Part shown: piece after piece, positions 9,855-19,943 of the stretch
How positions within the stretch are numbered: the stretch's first letter is position 1
Layout: each line of letters opens with the position of its first letter
From: an uncultured Fibrobacteria bacterium
Lineage (GTDB): Bacteria > Fibrobacterota > Fibrobacteria > UBA11236
Direction of reading: 5' to 3'
Assembly: GCA_963716395.1 (NCBI GenBank)
Contig: OY970309.1
Location: 3,488,001-3,552,000, forward strand
DNA length: 64,000 bases
The notes under the pieces: model-generated
The model's input: the letters and a program-made list of their open reading frames with translations, nothing else
Told to the model about the DNA's origin: nothing
The model's database searches: none
Program-made: the position numbers and the translations under genes

Positions 9855-11107
9855 CGCTGCGCCTCTTTACCGCGATAGCTGACCGCGGCGAATTCAGCCA
9901 GGGCGGCAAAGGGGTTTTCCCCCATCGGCGCCTCGCCGGGCCTGGCGGCAAAAGCCAAGGCCAGACTTCCCAACAAGGCTCGATGCCGGTCGAAAAATTG
10001 CGCCGTCTCGGATTCGAGAGCAGCGAGCCAGAAGGGTGCCTCTGCCGAAGACGCCGCGGAACTGCGCCACAGCCTCCAAGCCTCGGACCCGCGCAATCGT
10101 TCCCACTCGGGGTGGCGGCGCGCCAGCAATTGGGCCGCATCGCGCAGCATCTCCACGCCGGTACGGTAGGCGGGCAGCGCCGCCGCTTCGCCGACGGCCC
10201 GCGCCGAACCATTCCACGCCAAGCCCATGGCTGGATGACGCACCCGCACACGGCCGCCCGCGAACGCAGGTAACTCCGATGTTCCTACGGGCTCCACCCA
10301 AAAGCACCAATGGGCGGAACCGCGTGCCACCGCGCTGCGCAATTGTTCCGCGGCGCGCGCCCGGAATCCGCGCCGCTCCAGGCCGATGCGGCCGCCGAAC
10401 CAATGCGAGATGCGGCCTTCGGCCGATACGAAACAGCCGCCGCGAATCAAGGCATGCCCTTCGCCGCCAGCGGCGGTTTCGATCACGGCATCGCTCCACC
10501 CCGCCGGATCCCAATCTTCGCGCAAGGCCGGAGGCACCGGAACTTCACCCTCGGGCCGCGTCAAGGCAACGGTCACCACGGGTTGGGCGCCATCATCATC
10601 GACCCAAGTCAAGTCGACGGCGGACACGAACCCTTCAGGCAAGAGCACGGGCAGCCACTGCTCGGCGAATCGTGCGAATCGCGGCAGCCGGTTTGGTTCC
10701 AGGGCCGGGCCCATTGCCAGGGTCGCATGTCCCGCAAATGAGCCTTCGGAGCGGAAGGCCGAGTGGCCGACGATTTGCACGTCGAGGGAACGCAACGGCT
10801 TGACGGACGGACCTTGGGGGAAAGTGAAGGCAGAGGGCACCCCCAGGAAGTACACCCAGGTGGTGAGACCGGCGCGCACGCCATGTAAGGCCCATTCCGC
10901 ATCATCCGGATCCGAACCCACCGGATGCAGGCGTACGTTCAAGGGATGAAAGCTTTGCGTATAAGAGCCGTCGGCCGCTTCGGCCACCACCAAGGCCGAG
11001 GCCGCATCGACGCCCGGCAACAATCCCCCCAGACGCTCGCCGGAGCGCAGGGTCAGACGGACGGGAACGGCGGACCGTCCGGCCCCGAATGGAATCCGGT
11101 ACTGCAT
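9851..11107 (-). CDS. Hypothetical protein
   Basis: 418-aa ORF after an AT-rich intergenic region with TATCTT and GAGGG/AAGGG SD-like sequence; no known motif. Confidence 0.6.
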   Translation of the reverse strand: MQYRIPFGAGRSAVPVRLTLRSGERLGGLLPGVDAASALVVAEAADGSYTQSFHPLNVRLHPVGSDPDDAEWALHGVRAGLTTWVYFLGVPSAFTFPQGPSVKPLRSLDVQIVGHSAFRSEGSFAGHATLAMGPALEPNRLPRFARFAEQWLPVLLPEGFVSAVDLTWVDDDGAQPVVTVALTRPEGEVPVPPALREDWDPAGWSDAVIETAAGGEGHALIRGGCFVSAEGRISHWFGGRIGLERRGFRARAAEQLRSAVARGSAHWCFWVEPVGTSELPAFAGGRVRVRHPAMGLAWNGSARAVGEAAALPAYRTGVEMLRDAAQLLARRHPEWERLRGSEAWRLWRSSAASSAEAPFWLAALESETAQFFDRHRALLGSLALAFAARPGEAPMGENPFAALAEFAAVSYRGKEAQR

Positions 11108-11261
11108 ACCCTTGCCCTCACCTTAAGATAACCAACTGCCGGCTTGCGGCCCGCGTATTTGGGTGCGGGAAAACTTGAGAATTCACTTTTACAAATTCCC
11201 AAGCCCCGGCGGCCGGCACGGCAACGGAAACAGACTCCGTTCCAAATGTTAAAGGTGTCGC

Positions 11262-12212
11262 TTATTCCAGGGTAATCTCGGCCAGCAGCGAATTGCCCGC
11301 CGGCCGGTTGGCCGGATCGGCCACCTCGAAGTCGGGAGGCAGGGGCGCAAAATCCAGCACTCCAATCCGCCGGCCCGCGATATGCACCGCCGTACGCAAC
11401 CGGGCCGCGAAGGTGGCCGGCGACAAACCGGCGTAATTGGTGGCGGCAAAAAGCCGCCCTTGGGGCGCCAGGCAGGCCGCGCATTTCGCCGCCAGCCGGA
11501 AATAGTCGTCGGCGAAGCGAAACCTGCCGCCGTCATGGCGTGCGAACACGGGGGGATCGAAAATCACCAGTTGGAAAAAGGAGCCTTTTCCGGCGGCCCA
11601 GTCCAGATAGCGCTCGGTGGATATGCGCATGAAGCGGGCCCGTTCGGGCAGGGCATTGAGACGCAGGTTTTCGCGACCCCAGGCGAGGTAGCGCGACGAA
11701 ACATCCACGTTCACCACCTCCACCGCGCCGCCGGACAGAGCCGCCAGACCCAGGGAGCAGGTGTAGCTGAACAGGTTGAGCACACGCGTGGATTCCGATT
11801 GCGCGCGCAGACGGTCGCGCCATCCCCGGGTGTCCAAAAACAAGCCGACATTGCGGGGGTGATTCGGCTCCACCCAAAAATGCAGCGGCCCTTCGCGCAC
11901 CGCCACGCGCGGGGGAGCTTCGCCCGCCACCACCCGGCTTCCCCCGCGTTCCGCATCGCCGGCCGCGGCGCGATCCTTGAGGATTACGGATTGCCAGCCG
12001 AAGGTGCGAAGAAGTGCGCCGGCCTGCCGTTCCACAACTTCGGCCCACCGCCCGTCATAGGCATAGGCCACCAAGTGTGCGCCAAACAGTTCGGCCACCA
12101 GACCCGGCATACCCGAGGCGTCGGCATTGAGCAGGCGCAAAGCGTCGGTACCGGCTGACCCGGCGCTTTTCCTCTCCCATGCGTCGCCCAAGGCGCGCTC
12201 CAGCGATTTCAT
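11262..12212 (-). CDS. Class I SAM-dependent methyltransferase, RlmI/RlmK-like
   Basis: NVGLFLDTR, VLNLFSYTCS, VNVDVS, IFDPPVF motifs; lacks N-terminal PUA domain. Confidence 0.85.
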   Translation of the reverse strand: MKSLERALGDAWERKSAGSAGTDALRLLNADASGMPGLVAELFGAHLVAYAYDGRWAEVVERQAGALLRTFGWQSVILKDRAAAGDAERGGSRVVAGEAPPRVAVREGPLHFWVEPNHPRNVGLFLDTRGWRDRLRAQSESTRVLNLFSYTCSLGLAALSGGAVEVVNVDVSSRYLAWGRENLRLNALPERARFMRISTERYLDWAAGKGSFFQLVIFDPPVFARHDGGRFRFADDYFRLAAKCAACLAPQGRLFAATNYAGLSPATFAARLRTAVHIAGRRIGVLDFAPLPPDFEVADPANRPAGNSLLAEITLE

Positions 12213-12301
12213 GTTTCGGGAACATCTCGCCGCAAAATTGGCATCACGGAGATTTTAAAATTAAAATGCAGAGCCGATAGGTTTTTAGCCCAGGAGTCCG
12301 T

Positions 12302-13831
12302 ATGTCCCCCAGCGTCGACGAAAGCACCCGCACCGCCTCCAATTTCTTCGGCGCCGGCCACCGTCCCGATCCCTGCCTGTTGGTGATATTCGGAGGTTCC
12401 GGCGATCTGGCCAAGCGCAAACTCTTTCCCGCGCTGGGCAATCTGATGTTCAAGAAACTCATGCCCGAACGTTTTCACATCCTGGCCGTGGGGCGCAAAG
12501 CCATGGATGTCCCCGCGTTGATGAGCATGGGAAAATACCCCGATGACTTCGCCGCGCATCTGGATTACGTGCAAACCGATTATTCCCCCGAAGGCATCGG
12601 CAAACTGCGCGGGGTTTGCGAAAAAGTGTGCCGGGAAAACAATTTGCCCGCCAACTATCTGCATTACCTGGCCATTCCGCCCGACGGGTACGCCGAAGTG
12701 ACGGCGGCCCTGGAGCGGGGCGGTCTGATCCACCCGCCCCAGGCGCCCTATTGGAGCCGCGTGGTGGTGGAAAAGCCCTATGGACGCGACCTGCAAAGCG
12801 CCGTCCGGTTGAACGAACAGTTGCTGGCATGCTGCGCCGAAAAGCAAATCTACCGCATCGATCACTACCTCGGAAAGGAAGTGGTGCAGAATCTGCTGGT
12901 GTTCCGTTTCGCCAACTCGGTGTTCGAGCCGGTATGGAATCACCATTACATCGATCACGTGCAGATCAACAGTTCGGAACTGCTGGGCGCAGAGGACCGC
13001 GCCGAATATTTCGACCACAGCGGCATCTTGCGCGACATGGTGCAGAACCACCTCATGCAGATTTTCTGCCTGGTCACCATGGAACCGCCCGTGAACCTGT
13101 CGGCCGACTCCATCCGCGACGAAAAGGTGAAGGTGCTGCGCTCCCTGCGGCCGCTCGACATCGACGCCCGGCCGCCGGTCGCCGTGCGCGGGCAATACGG
13201 GCCGGGTGAAATCAAGGGGCAAAACGTACGCGGCTACCGCGATATCAAAGGCGTGCGCCCCGATAGCAGCACCGAAACCTTCGTGGCCCTGCGCATGCAA
13301 ATCGACAACCTGCGCTGGGCGGGCGTACCCTTCTATCTGCGCTCGGGCAAGCGCCTGTCGCGCAAGGGCACCGAAGTGGTGGTCACCTTCAAGCCGCTGC
13401 CCGAAGTGCTTTTCAACCAGCACGGCCGGCGCGTGCAGAGCAACCGCATCATCTTCAAAATCCAGCCCACCGAAGCCATTCTGCTGGAATTGACGAGCAA
13501 AAATCCGGGGCAAAGCTTCGAGCTCACCGACACTTCGATGAACTTCTGCTACAGTGAGCACTTCGACACCAGCGCCGACGCCTACGAGCGCCTGCTGCTC
13601 GACGCCATGCTCGGCGATCCCACCTTGTTCGTGCGCTCCGACGAAACCGAGCTGTCGTGGAAATTTCTCGATCCGTTGCTCCGGAATTGGGAACAAAACC
13701 CCATGGGCGCGGCTTTTCCCAATTACCAGGGCGGCTGCGAAGGTCCGGACGCGTCTACGGACATCCTGTTGCCCGACGATCCGCCCACGCATTGGCTCGA
13801 CTTTTCCAGGTGGGACAACGTCTGTCCCTGA
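12302..13831 (+). CDS. zwf: Glucose-6-phosphate 1-dehydrogenase
   Basis: FGGSGDLAKRKLFPAL, EKPYG, RIDHYLGKE, RDMVQNH, WAGVPFYLRSGKRL, AYERLL. Confidence 0.96.
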   Translation: MSPSVDESTRTASNFFGAGHRPDPCLLVIFGGSGDLAKRKLFPALGNLMFKKLMPERFHILAVGRKAMDVPALMSMGKYPDDFAAHLDYVQTDYSPEGIGKLRGVCEKVCRENNLPANYLHYLAIPPDGYAEVTAALERGGLIHPPQAPYWSRVVVEKPYGRDLQSAVRLNEQLLACCAEKQIYRIDHYLGKEVVQNLLVFRFANSVFEPVWNHHYIDHVQINSSELLGAEDRAEYFDHSGILRDMVQNHLMQIFCLVTMEPPVNLSADSIRDEKVKVLRSLRPLDIDARPPVAVRGQYGPGEIKGQNVRGYRDIKGVRPDSSTETFVALRMQIDNLRWAGVPFYLRSGKRLSRKGTEVVVTFKPLPEVLFNQHGRRVQSNRIIFKIQPTEAILLELTSKNPGQSFELTDTSMNFCYSEHFDTSADAYERLLLDAMLGDPTLFVRSDETELSWKFLDPLLRNWEQNPMGAAFPNYQGGCEGPDASTDILLPDDPPTHWLDFSRWDNVCP

Positions 13832-13900
13832 TCCATCCTGCGCCCGCCCAGGCGGCGGACGACATCGTGTGTTTTCGACCGCGCGGGAAGGCGGCTCCGC

Positions 13901-15085
13901 TCACATCCATAAACCCCGCAGACGCCACAACAAAGACGGCGAATGCCGCAGCGTGGCCCAGAAAATTCGGGGCAAGGTGCGGCGCGCCGGGGGCAGCCGG
14001 CTCAAACCATGCGCGGCGCGGTTGAACACTGCGTCGGGAACGGCCATGAAAGCCTTTTTCACCTTGCCCATGCGCCGATGCGAGCGGCCATACTCGGCGT
14101 CCCAGCGTTCACGGTAGGCGGTGTAAAAGCGCGCTCGGTCGGCTTCGCGATCGAGTGCGGCGGTATGCAGCGCGGCTTCGGCGGCATATTTGCCGCCGGC
14201 CATGGCTTCGAGAATGCCGGCGCGGCTGATGGGATTCACCATATTGGCGGCATCGCCGGCCTTGTACAAATTGTCGACGGCCAGCGGCGCCTGGGGAAAG
14301 CCGCAGGGAATGACGCCGCCCTGCACGGTTTCCACCTGCGCGCCGGGGAACTCGCTTTCCAGAAACCGCTTCATGGCCTGCCGCGCCGGAGCGGCTTGGG
14401 CATAATCGCGCCCCACCACCAAACCCACATTGGCCACTTCGGCATCGCGTGGAAACAGCCACGCATAGCCGCCGGGCGCGTAGTTGCTGCCGAAAAAAAG
14501 CTGGATGTAGTTCACGGGATAATCCAGCCCCCGCACCAAGGCGAAAAGCGCCGGTTCGACGTCGAAGTCGCCCTGCGTGATGGCTTCGCCCCGGCCCAAA
14601 CCCAGACCCGGACCCGAGCAGTCGATCACCGCGCGCGCCCGCAGCGTACCCGGCGTTTCGCCCTCGTAGCGCAAGGTGCGCCATCCGTTCTCCAAGGGCG
14701 ACAAATCCACGGCCCGGGTGCGGAAATTGCAATGCGCGCCGGCCGCACGGCCTTGTTCGGCCAAGCGGCGGTGCATGAGGGCGCGGTGGATCAAAAGGCC
14801 CCGCCCGCGCGCCTCCACGTCCACCTTGGTGCCGTCGGGCGCGACAAAGATCACGCCGTCCACCGGGCCGCGCACCCACTCGGAATCGACCCGCGGAACC
14901 AAGGCTTCAAGCCCCTGTTTGGAAACCGCTTCAGCGCAAGACACGGGCTCGCGCCACGGGTCGCGCTTGTCGATCAAGGCCACGCGCTGGCGCCCGGCGG
15001 CGGTCAAGGTGAGTGCAGCCAGCAAACCGGCAGGACCAGCGCCCACCACCACGAAATCATATTCGGCCTGCAACAGATCGCGCAT
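13901..15085 (-). CDS. Geranylgeranyl reductase family FAD-dependent oxidoreductase
   Basis: VVGAGPAG, CAEAVS, PGGYAWLFP, GDAANMVNPISRAGI; start placed at MRDLLQAEY. Confidence 0.85.
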   Translation of the reverse strand: MRDLLQAEYDFVVVGAGPAGLLAALTLTAAGRQRVALIDKRDPWREPVSCAEAVSKQGLEALVPRVDSEWVRGPVDGVIFVAPDGTKVDVEARGRGLLIHRALMHRRLAEQGRAAGAHCNFRTRAVDLSPLENGWRTLRYEGETPGTLRARAVIDCSGPGLGLGRGEAITQGDFDVEPALFALVRGLDYPVNYIQLFFGSNYAPGGYAWLFPRDAEVANVGLVVGRDYAQAAPARQAMKRFLESEFPGAQVETVQGGVIPCGFPQAPLAVDNLYKAGDAANMVNPISRAGILEAMAGGKYAAEAALHTAALDREADRARFYTAYRERWDAEYGRSHRRMGKVKKAFMAVPDAVFNRAAHGLSRLPPARRTLPRIFWATLRHSPSLLWRLRGLWM

Positions 15086-15093
15086 GTGCGGAC

Positions 15094-15792
15094 TCAAATC
15101 TGCCAGGTGATCGGTGTTTGGCCCGCGCGTTGCAGCCACGCATTGGTTTTGGAAAAATGCCGGCAGCCGAAAAACCCGCGCTCGGCCGACATGGGCGAAG
15201 GATGCGCGGCCTTGAGAATGCAATGCTTACGGCCGTCGATCCGCGCTGCTTTTTCCTGGGCTTGCCGGCCCCATAGCAAAAACACCAGGCCGGGGCGCTG
15301 GTCCGAGAGTTTCTGAATCGCGGCGGTGGTGAACGCTTCCCAGCCGCGGCCGTGATGCGACCCCGGCGCATGGGCGCGCAGGGTCAGACAGGCGTTGAGC
15401 AGCAGCACGCCTTGATCGGCCCAAGCCTCGAGGTTGCCGTGATCCGGAACTTTAAAGCCCACGTCGCGTTGCAATTCGCGGAAGATATTGCGCAGGCTGG
15501 CCGGCGGCGGCACGCCGCGCGGCACCGAAAAGCTCAGGCCATGCCCCTGTCCGGCGCCGGGATAGGGGTCTTGACCCAGCAACACCACTTTGACTGTGTC
15601 AAAAGCCGTGTGGTTGAAGGCGTTGAAAATCAGCGGCCCTGGAGGATACACCACCATGCCCCGCCGCTTTTCCTCCAGCAGGAATTTTTTCAGATCACGG
15701 AAATACTCCTTGTCAAATTCATCCTGCAAAACGCGCTTCCAGGAAGCCTCGATTTTGGGATTCATGACGGCAGATGCGGACGTAGTGGGCAT
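15094..15792 (-). CDS. ung: Uracil-DNA glycosylase (family 1)
   Basis: VVLLGQDPY, GLSFSV, QGVLLLN, FLLWG, AHPSP. Confidence 0.95.
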   Translation of the reverse strand: MPTTSASAVMNPKIEASWKRVLQDEFDKEYFRDLKKFLLEEKRRGMVVYPPGPLIFNAFNHTAFDTVKVVLLGQDPYPGAGQGHGLSFSVPRGVPPPASLRNIFRELQRDVGFKVPDHGNLEAWADQGVLLLNACLTLRAHAPGSHHGRGWEAFTTAAIQKLSDQRPGLVFLLWGRQAQEKAARIDGRKHCILKAAHPSPMSAERGFFGCRHFSKTNAWLQRAGQTPITWQI

Positions 15793-15892
15793 AACGGAGA
15801 AAAGCTAAAACCAATCCCTGCGGCGGGCGTAGCGCGAGGGCGGGCGTGAAGCAAATTCTTTACACTTTCGGATCTCGGGATGGCGTCGAAAC

Positions 15893-17746
15893 CTAAAACA
15901 GCCCGTGCAAGGGCCGGCCCGGAGCGGCCAGGGCTTCGACCCGTTGCGCCACGGCGGGATCGGGTTCGAGCACCGGCGCCTGCTGCGGCTTGAGGCGCGC
16001 GTCGATCACCAACGGGCCGCGGCAACCCCAATGCTTGCGGTCGGTAAAGGCGAAGACCCCGTGCACGTCGGCGGCCGGATCGGAGCGCGTGAACGTGACC
16101 CAGAGAAAGTTTTCCAGCGAAGCCGCCGCAAAAGCCGGATCATCGACCAGCACCCACAGCGGCCAGGATTGCAGGGCCGTACGCCATGCGGGTTCTGCGC
16201 GTAGCCGTTCGGAGAAGCGTTCCAGGGCCGCGTCCAGCGCTTCAGGGGCGGCGGCATCGGCCCGGGGGCCGCCGAAGACCAGCACCCCCGGCAGCGCCCG
16301 GCGGGGTTCCGACCAATCGGCCGGCCAAAACCGCGCCCGATATTCGGGAAGGTCGGCGGCCAGTTCGCGGCGCGGCGCGCCGGCCACGGCGATCACCAGC
16401 TTGGAACCTTGATGGAACGCCGGGCCGCTGTAATCCAAGGTATCCATGGTGGTACGGGTGCTGAAATGCAAATCGCGCTCCCAGTCGGCACGGCGCAAAA
16501 CATGCTGCAAAAATCCGGTGACATCGCGCACATCCAGATCCGGTGCGCCTTCGCGGCCCGCCAGCCACACATATTTGGCCAGCGACAGTTGCCCGTAACC
16601 GAGCAGCGCATGGCCGATGGTGTGCAATTCGCGCGGTTTGGCTTCGGCATAGGGCACATAGCGATCCGCGGCCAACGCCAGCAACAAAGGATGTACGCCC
16701 GCGGCCTCCACGGCATGCACCGCCAGCAGGCCGGGGATTTCCGGCGGCAGGGCATCGCCCGCGATTTCATGCACCAGTTCGGCCAGGATTGCGTCTTCCT
16801 GCGGCGGCCTCCCCACCACGGTAAAAGGCCACACGGCATCGCGACGATGGTAAACGTGTTCCACGGCCAGCACCGGGCACGCGTGCACCAGACTGTAGTA
16901 GCCGAGATGATCCCCGAAGGGCCCTTCAGGCAAGGTGCGCGCGGGGTCGACGGTGCCCGTGATACAAAAATCGGCATCGCCACTCAGCACATGGCCGTCA
17001 CGCCGCGCATAGCGAAAGGCGCGGCCGCCGAGAATGCCCGCGAACAAAATCTCGGGAATATTTTCCGGTAAGGGCATGACCGCGGCCAGCACATGGGCGG
17101 GCGGACCGCCCACGAAGACGCTCACCCGGAGCTTTTCCCCGCGCCGAATGGCCGCATGGTGGTGCACGCCGATGCCGCGATGCAATTGGTAATGCAGGCC
17201 CGCCTCGCGATCCGGGGCGTATCGCCCGCCGGAAAACTGAATGCGGTACATGCCGAGATTTGAAGCCGCAAGGCCCGGGCGATCCGGATGTTCAGTATAT
17301 ACCAGCGGCAAGGTGATGAAAGCCCCGCCATCTTGCGGCCAGGCCACGATAGGCGGCAGGTCCGCCAGGCGGCCTTGAGCCTGCGCCACGTCGGGGTGGC
17401 TGCGTCGCGGCCACGCATGGCGCGCGCCCCAGAGGGCGCCGAGCGAGGCCAGCGGCCGGCGCCAGGCTGCGGCGGGATCGGCGCGCAGGCGCAGCAAAGC
17501 CCGCGCGCGCTGTACGCCTTCGCCCAGCAGCAAATAGGCGCGATCATGCGTGCCGAACAGATTGGAAACGCAGGGAAAGCGCGTGCCTCGGACGTGTGCA
17601 AAATAAAGGGCCGGACCGCCGGCCGCCTGCACGCGGCGGTGGATTTCCACCATCTCGAGATGGGGATCGACTTCGGCATCGATACGGCGCAATTGCCCTT
17701 GGCTTTCCAATTCGGCCAAGGCGGCACGCAGATTTGGGTAACTCAC
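15893..17746 (-). CDS. UbiD family decarboxylase (long form)
   Basis: NLGMYR, EGPFGDHLGYY, GRPPQED, DTLDYSG, IDARLK; substrate not determinable. Confidence 0.88.
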   Translation of the reverse strand: MSYPNLRAALAELESQGQLRRIDAEVDPHLEMVEIHRRVQAAGGPALYFAHVRGTRFPCVSNLFGTHDRAYLLLGEGVQRARALLRLRADPAAAWRRPLASLGALWGARHAWPRRSHPDVAQAQGRLADLPPIVAWPQDGGAFITLPLVYTEHPDRPGLAASNLGMYRIQFSGGRYAPDREAGLHYQLHRGIGVHHHAAIRRGEKLRVSVFVGGPPAHVLAAVMPLPENIPEILFAGILGGRAFRYARRDGHVLSGDADFCITGTVDPARTLPEGPFGDHLGYYSLVHACPVLAVEHVYHRRDAVWPFTVVGRPPQEDAILAELVHEIAGDALPPEIPGLLAVHAVEAAGVHPLLLALAADRYVPYAEAKPRELHTIGHALLGYGQLSLAKYVWLAGREGAPDLDVRDVTGFLQHVLRRADWERDLHFSTRTTMDTLDYSGPAFHQGSKLVIAVAGAPRRELAADLPEYRARFWPADWSEPRRALPGVLVFGGPRADAAAPEALDAALERFSERLRAEPAWRTALQSWPLWVLVDDPAFAAASLENFLWVTFTRSDPAADVHGVFAFTDRKHWGCRGPLVIDARLKPQQAPVLEPDPAVAQRVEALAAPGRPLHGLF

Positions 17747-17761
17747 GGGTAACCTGTTCCT

Positions 17762-18982
17762 TCAGCCCGCGGCGCCTTCGACCTCGCCCGCGCCGGTTGC
17801 CCCCAATAGCAAATGGGCCACGATGGGCGAATACTTTTTGCGGATCCATGCCCCGTTGGGCCGGGTGGGGCCGACTTCAAGCAGGCGCAAATCGGCGTCG
17901 AGCTCAGCCAGATGGGGAAACCACTCGCGCTGCAAGGGCGACTTCCATTCCCACAGCAACGGTTTCAAGGCGGCGCGCAGATGCGGCACCGCCGCGGCCG
18001 ACGGGAGGTCCGTGTCGAAGGGCGAGGCCAGCAGCGGCGCGACCTCGCGGAACTCGGGCGGCACGGCATGGGCTTTCAAGGCGCGCAGCCAGACGGTTTG
18101 GGGGTCGCGGCGACGCAGAAACCCGCCCAGCAAATCGAGCAGAAACAAATCGGTATGCAACAAGCCGGTGGGATTGAGCAGCAGTCCCGCCGCCGCCCGG
18201 CGTAGGGTTTTGGGCCGATCGCGGAAAGGCCCCAGAAAGATTTTCCCCGGACAATAATCCTGTGCATAAAAATTATCCCACAGCACCGGCTTACGTCCCA
18301 AAACTTTCGTGATTTCTTTCACATCGCTCGGCGCCAGGCGGCGGGATACGATGGCGGGCCCGGTCCACAGCACGGGCACATCGGCGGGCAACGACGCCGC
18401 CAGATCGCGCAGGTACACGTCGCGCTTCACGCCCGACGGCGCAAAAAAGTCCGCATACACCGTGGGGCAAAACCACAGGCGGCGCAGGCCGTTGCGGCCG
18501 CACAGGCTGTGCCGCAGGCGCCGGAGCAACAGGCCGTGCGCATGACCCAGCGATCGGAACGACCCGGAAACCGGCCGGGGCAGGTCGGGGGAAATGTCGT
18601 CCATGCACAAAGCCGCTTCTTCGCAGCCCAGGCGTTGGAAGACCCGGAACTTGCGCTCCAGGGCGCGGAAGTCGCGATCGCTGAGATAGTGGTAGCTCAA
18701 CCCGGGCGCCAGCGCCGCCACCACGGTGATGCCCCGTTTGCGCCCGGCGGCCACGAATTCCGCGAACTGCCGGCGCCAGACCTCGGGGTATTCGTCGCGC
18801 CAGTCGCGGCGATGCAGCGGATCTTCTTTGGGGGCATAAACGTAGCGGTTGGCGCCGATGGCCTGCAGGCGTTCGAGCAGGCTGGCCCGCTCGGAGAAGG
18901 AAAGCAGCCGGCCATAGTAACCTTCGATGTACCCCGAAACAAAGGCCGGGGCCGCACGGGAAGCGGAGCGTGGCAACTTCAA
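17762..18982 (-). CDS. GH84 beta-N-acetylglucosaminidase (O-GlcNAcase-like catalytic domain)
   Basis: GYIEGYYG, YVYAPKEDPLHR, MDDI (catalytic Asp-Asp), FCPTVY, VLWTG, LWDN; TTG start overlapping the pspC-like stop assumed. Confidence 0.85.
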   Translation of the reverse strand: MKLPRSASRAAPAFVSGYIEGYYGRLLSFSERASLLERLQAIGANRYVYAPKEDPLHRRDWRDEYPEVWRRQFAEFVAAGRKRGITVVAALAPGLSYHYLSDRDFRALERKFRVFQRLGCEEAALCMDDISPDLPRPVSGSFRSLGHAHGLLLRRLRHSLCGRNGLRRLWFCPTVYADFFAPSGVKRDVYLRDLAASLPADVPVLWTGPAIVSRRLAPSDVKEITKVLGRKPVLWDNFYAQDYCPGKIFLGPFRDRPKTLRRAAAGLLLNPTGLLHTDLFLLDLLGGFLRRRDPQTVWLRALKAHAVPPEFREVAPLLASPFDTDLPSAAAVPHLRAALKPLLWEWKSPLQREWFPHLAELDADLRLLEVGPTRPNGAWIRKKYSPIVAHLLLGATGAGEVEGAAG

Positions 18983-19176
18983 TCCGCTTCCGCTTCGCGA
19001 TCGACCACGGCCCACACTAGGAGATACCCGGCCACGCAGGGGAAAAATCCCGTGGCCAGGCACAGTACCACGAAGGCCAGACGCACCCAGGAGGCATCCC
19101 ACCCCCAGGCCGTGGCCAGGCCGCCCAAGACACCCGCCACCTTGCGATCGCGGCGGGAGAGACGAAACGGTTTCAT
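18979..19176 (-). CDS. PspC domain protein
   Basis: RLSRRDRKVAGVLGGLA...D..WVRLAFV...YLLVWAVV. Confidence 0.85.
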   Translation of the reverse strand: MKPFRLSRRDRKVAGVLGGLATAWGWDASWVRLAFVVLCLATGFFPCVAGYLLVWAVVDREAEAD

Positions 19177-19943
19177 GCCGACCTCCGGGTGCGGCGCGGA
19201 CGCGACCGCATTTCCAGCGATTTCAAACCCAACTGATAGCCTCCCGACACGTCGAGGTTGGCGCCGGTGACGTAACGCGCGCGTTCCCCGGCCAGAAACT
19301 CCACGGCGTCGGCCACATCGTCGACGCTTCCCAGCCGGCCCAGGGGCACGAAATCGGCGGGCCGGCGCGGCTTTTCCACGCTGTTGGCGAGGATGCCCGG
19401 CGACACCATGTTCACGCGCACACCGCGCGGCCCCAGCGCCTGCGCCAGCGACTTGGTCAGGATGAGCAGGCCGGTCTTGGAAATCAAATAGGCGGTGTTA
19501 TGCGTGGTGCCGGTCAGACTTTCCACGCCGGCATAGCCGATGTTGACAATCGATCCTCCCGCGGCCGAGAACAAGGGATGCGCGGCCTGGATAAGCCGGA
19601 AGCAGGCACTGAGGTTTATATGCAAGGTCTGTTCAAAGTCCGCGGGCGCATAGCGCAGCAGCGGGCCGGGAAGATACACGCCGACGTTGTTGACCAGCAC
19701 ATCGAGCCGGCCGGTTCGCTCCCGCACCGCGGAGACGAGGCGCGCGATGTGCGCCGGCCGCCCCAAATCGCCGCGCAGCAGCGCCCCGTCTCCGCCCTGC
19801 CGGCGGATGGCGCGCAGCACTTCTTCAGCGTGAGATCGCGAAGTGCGGTAATGCACGAAGGTGAAATAGCCCTGGGCAGCCAACCGCAAGGCCAGAGCGC
19901 GGCCCAGCCTTTGCGCCGAACCCGTGACCCACGCGACTTTCAT
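19173..19943 (-). CDS. SDR oxidoreductase, pteridine reductase/FolM-like
   Basis: TGSAQRLG, VHYRTS, NNVG, YLISK (YxxxK); directly downstream of folB. Confidence 0.8.
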   Translation of the reverse strand: MKVAWVTGSAQRLGRALALRLAAQGYFTFVHYRTSRSHAEEVLRAIRRQGGDGALLRGDLGRPAHIARLVSAVRERTGRLDVLVNNVGVYLPGPLLRYAPADFEQTLHINLSACFRLIQAAHPLFSAAGGSIVNIGYAGVESLTGTTHNTAYLISKTGLLILTKSLAQALGPRGVRVNMVSPGILANSVEKPRRPADFVPLGRLGSVDDVADAVEFLAGERARYVTGANLDVSGGYQLGLKSLEMRSRPRRTRRSA

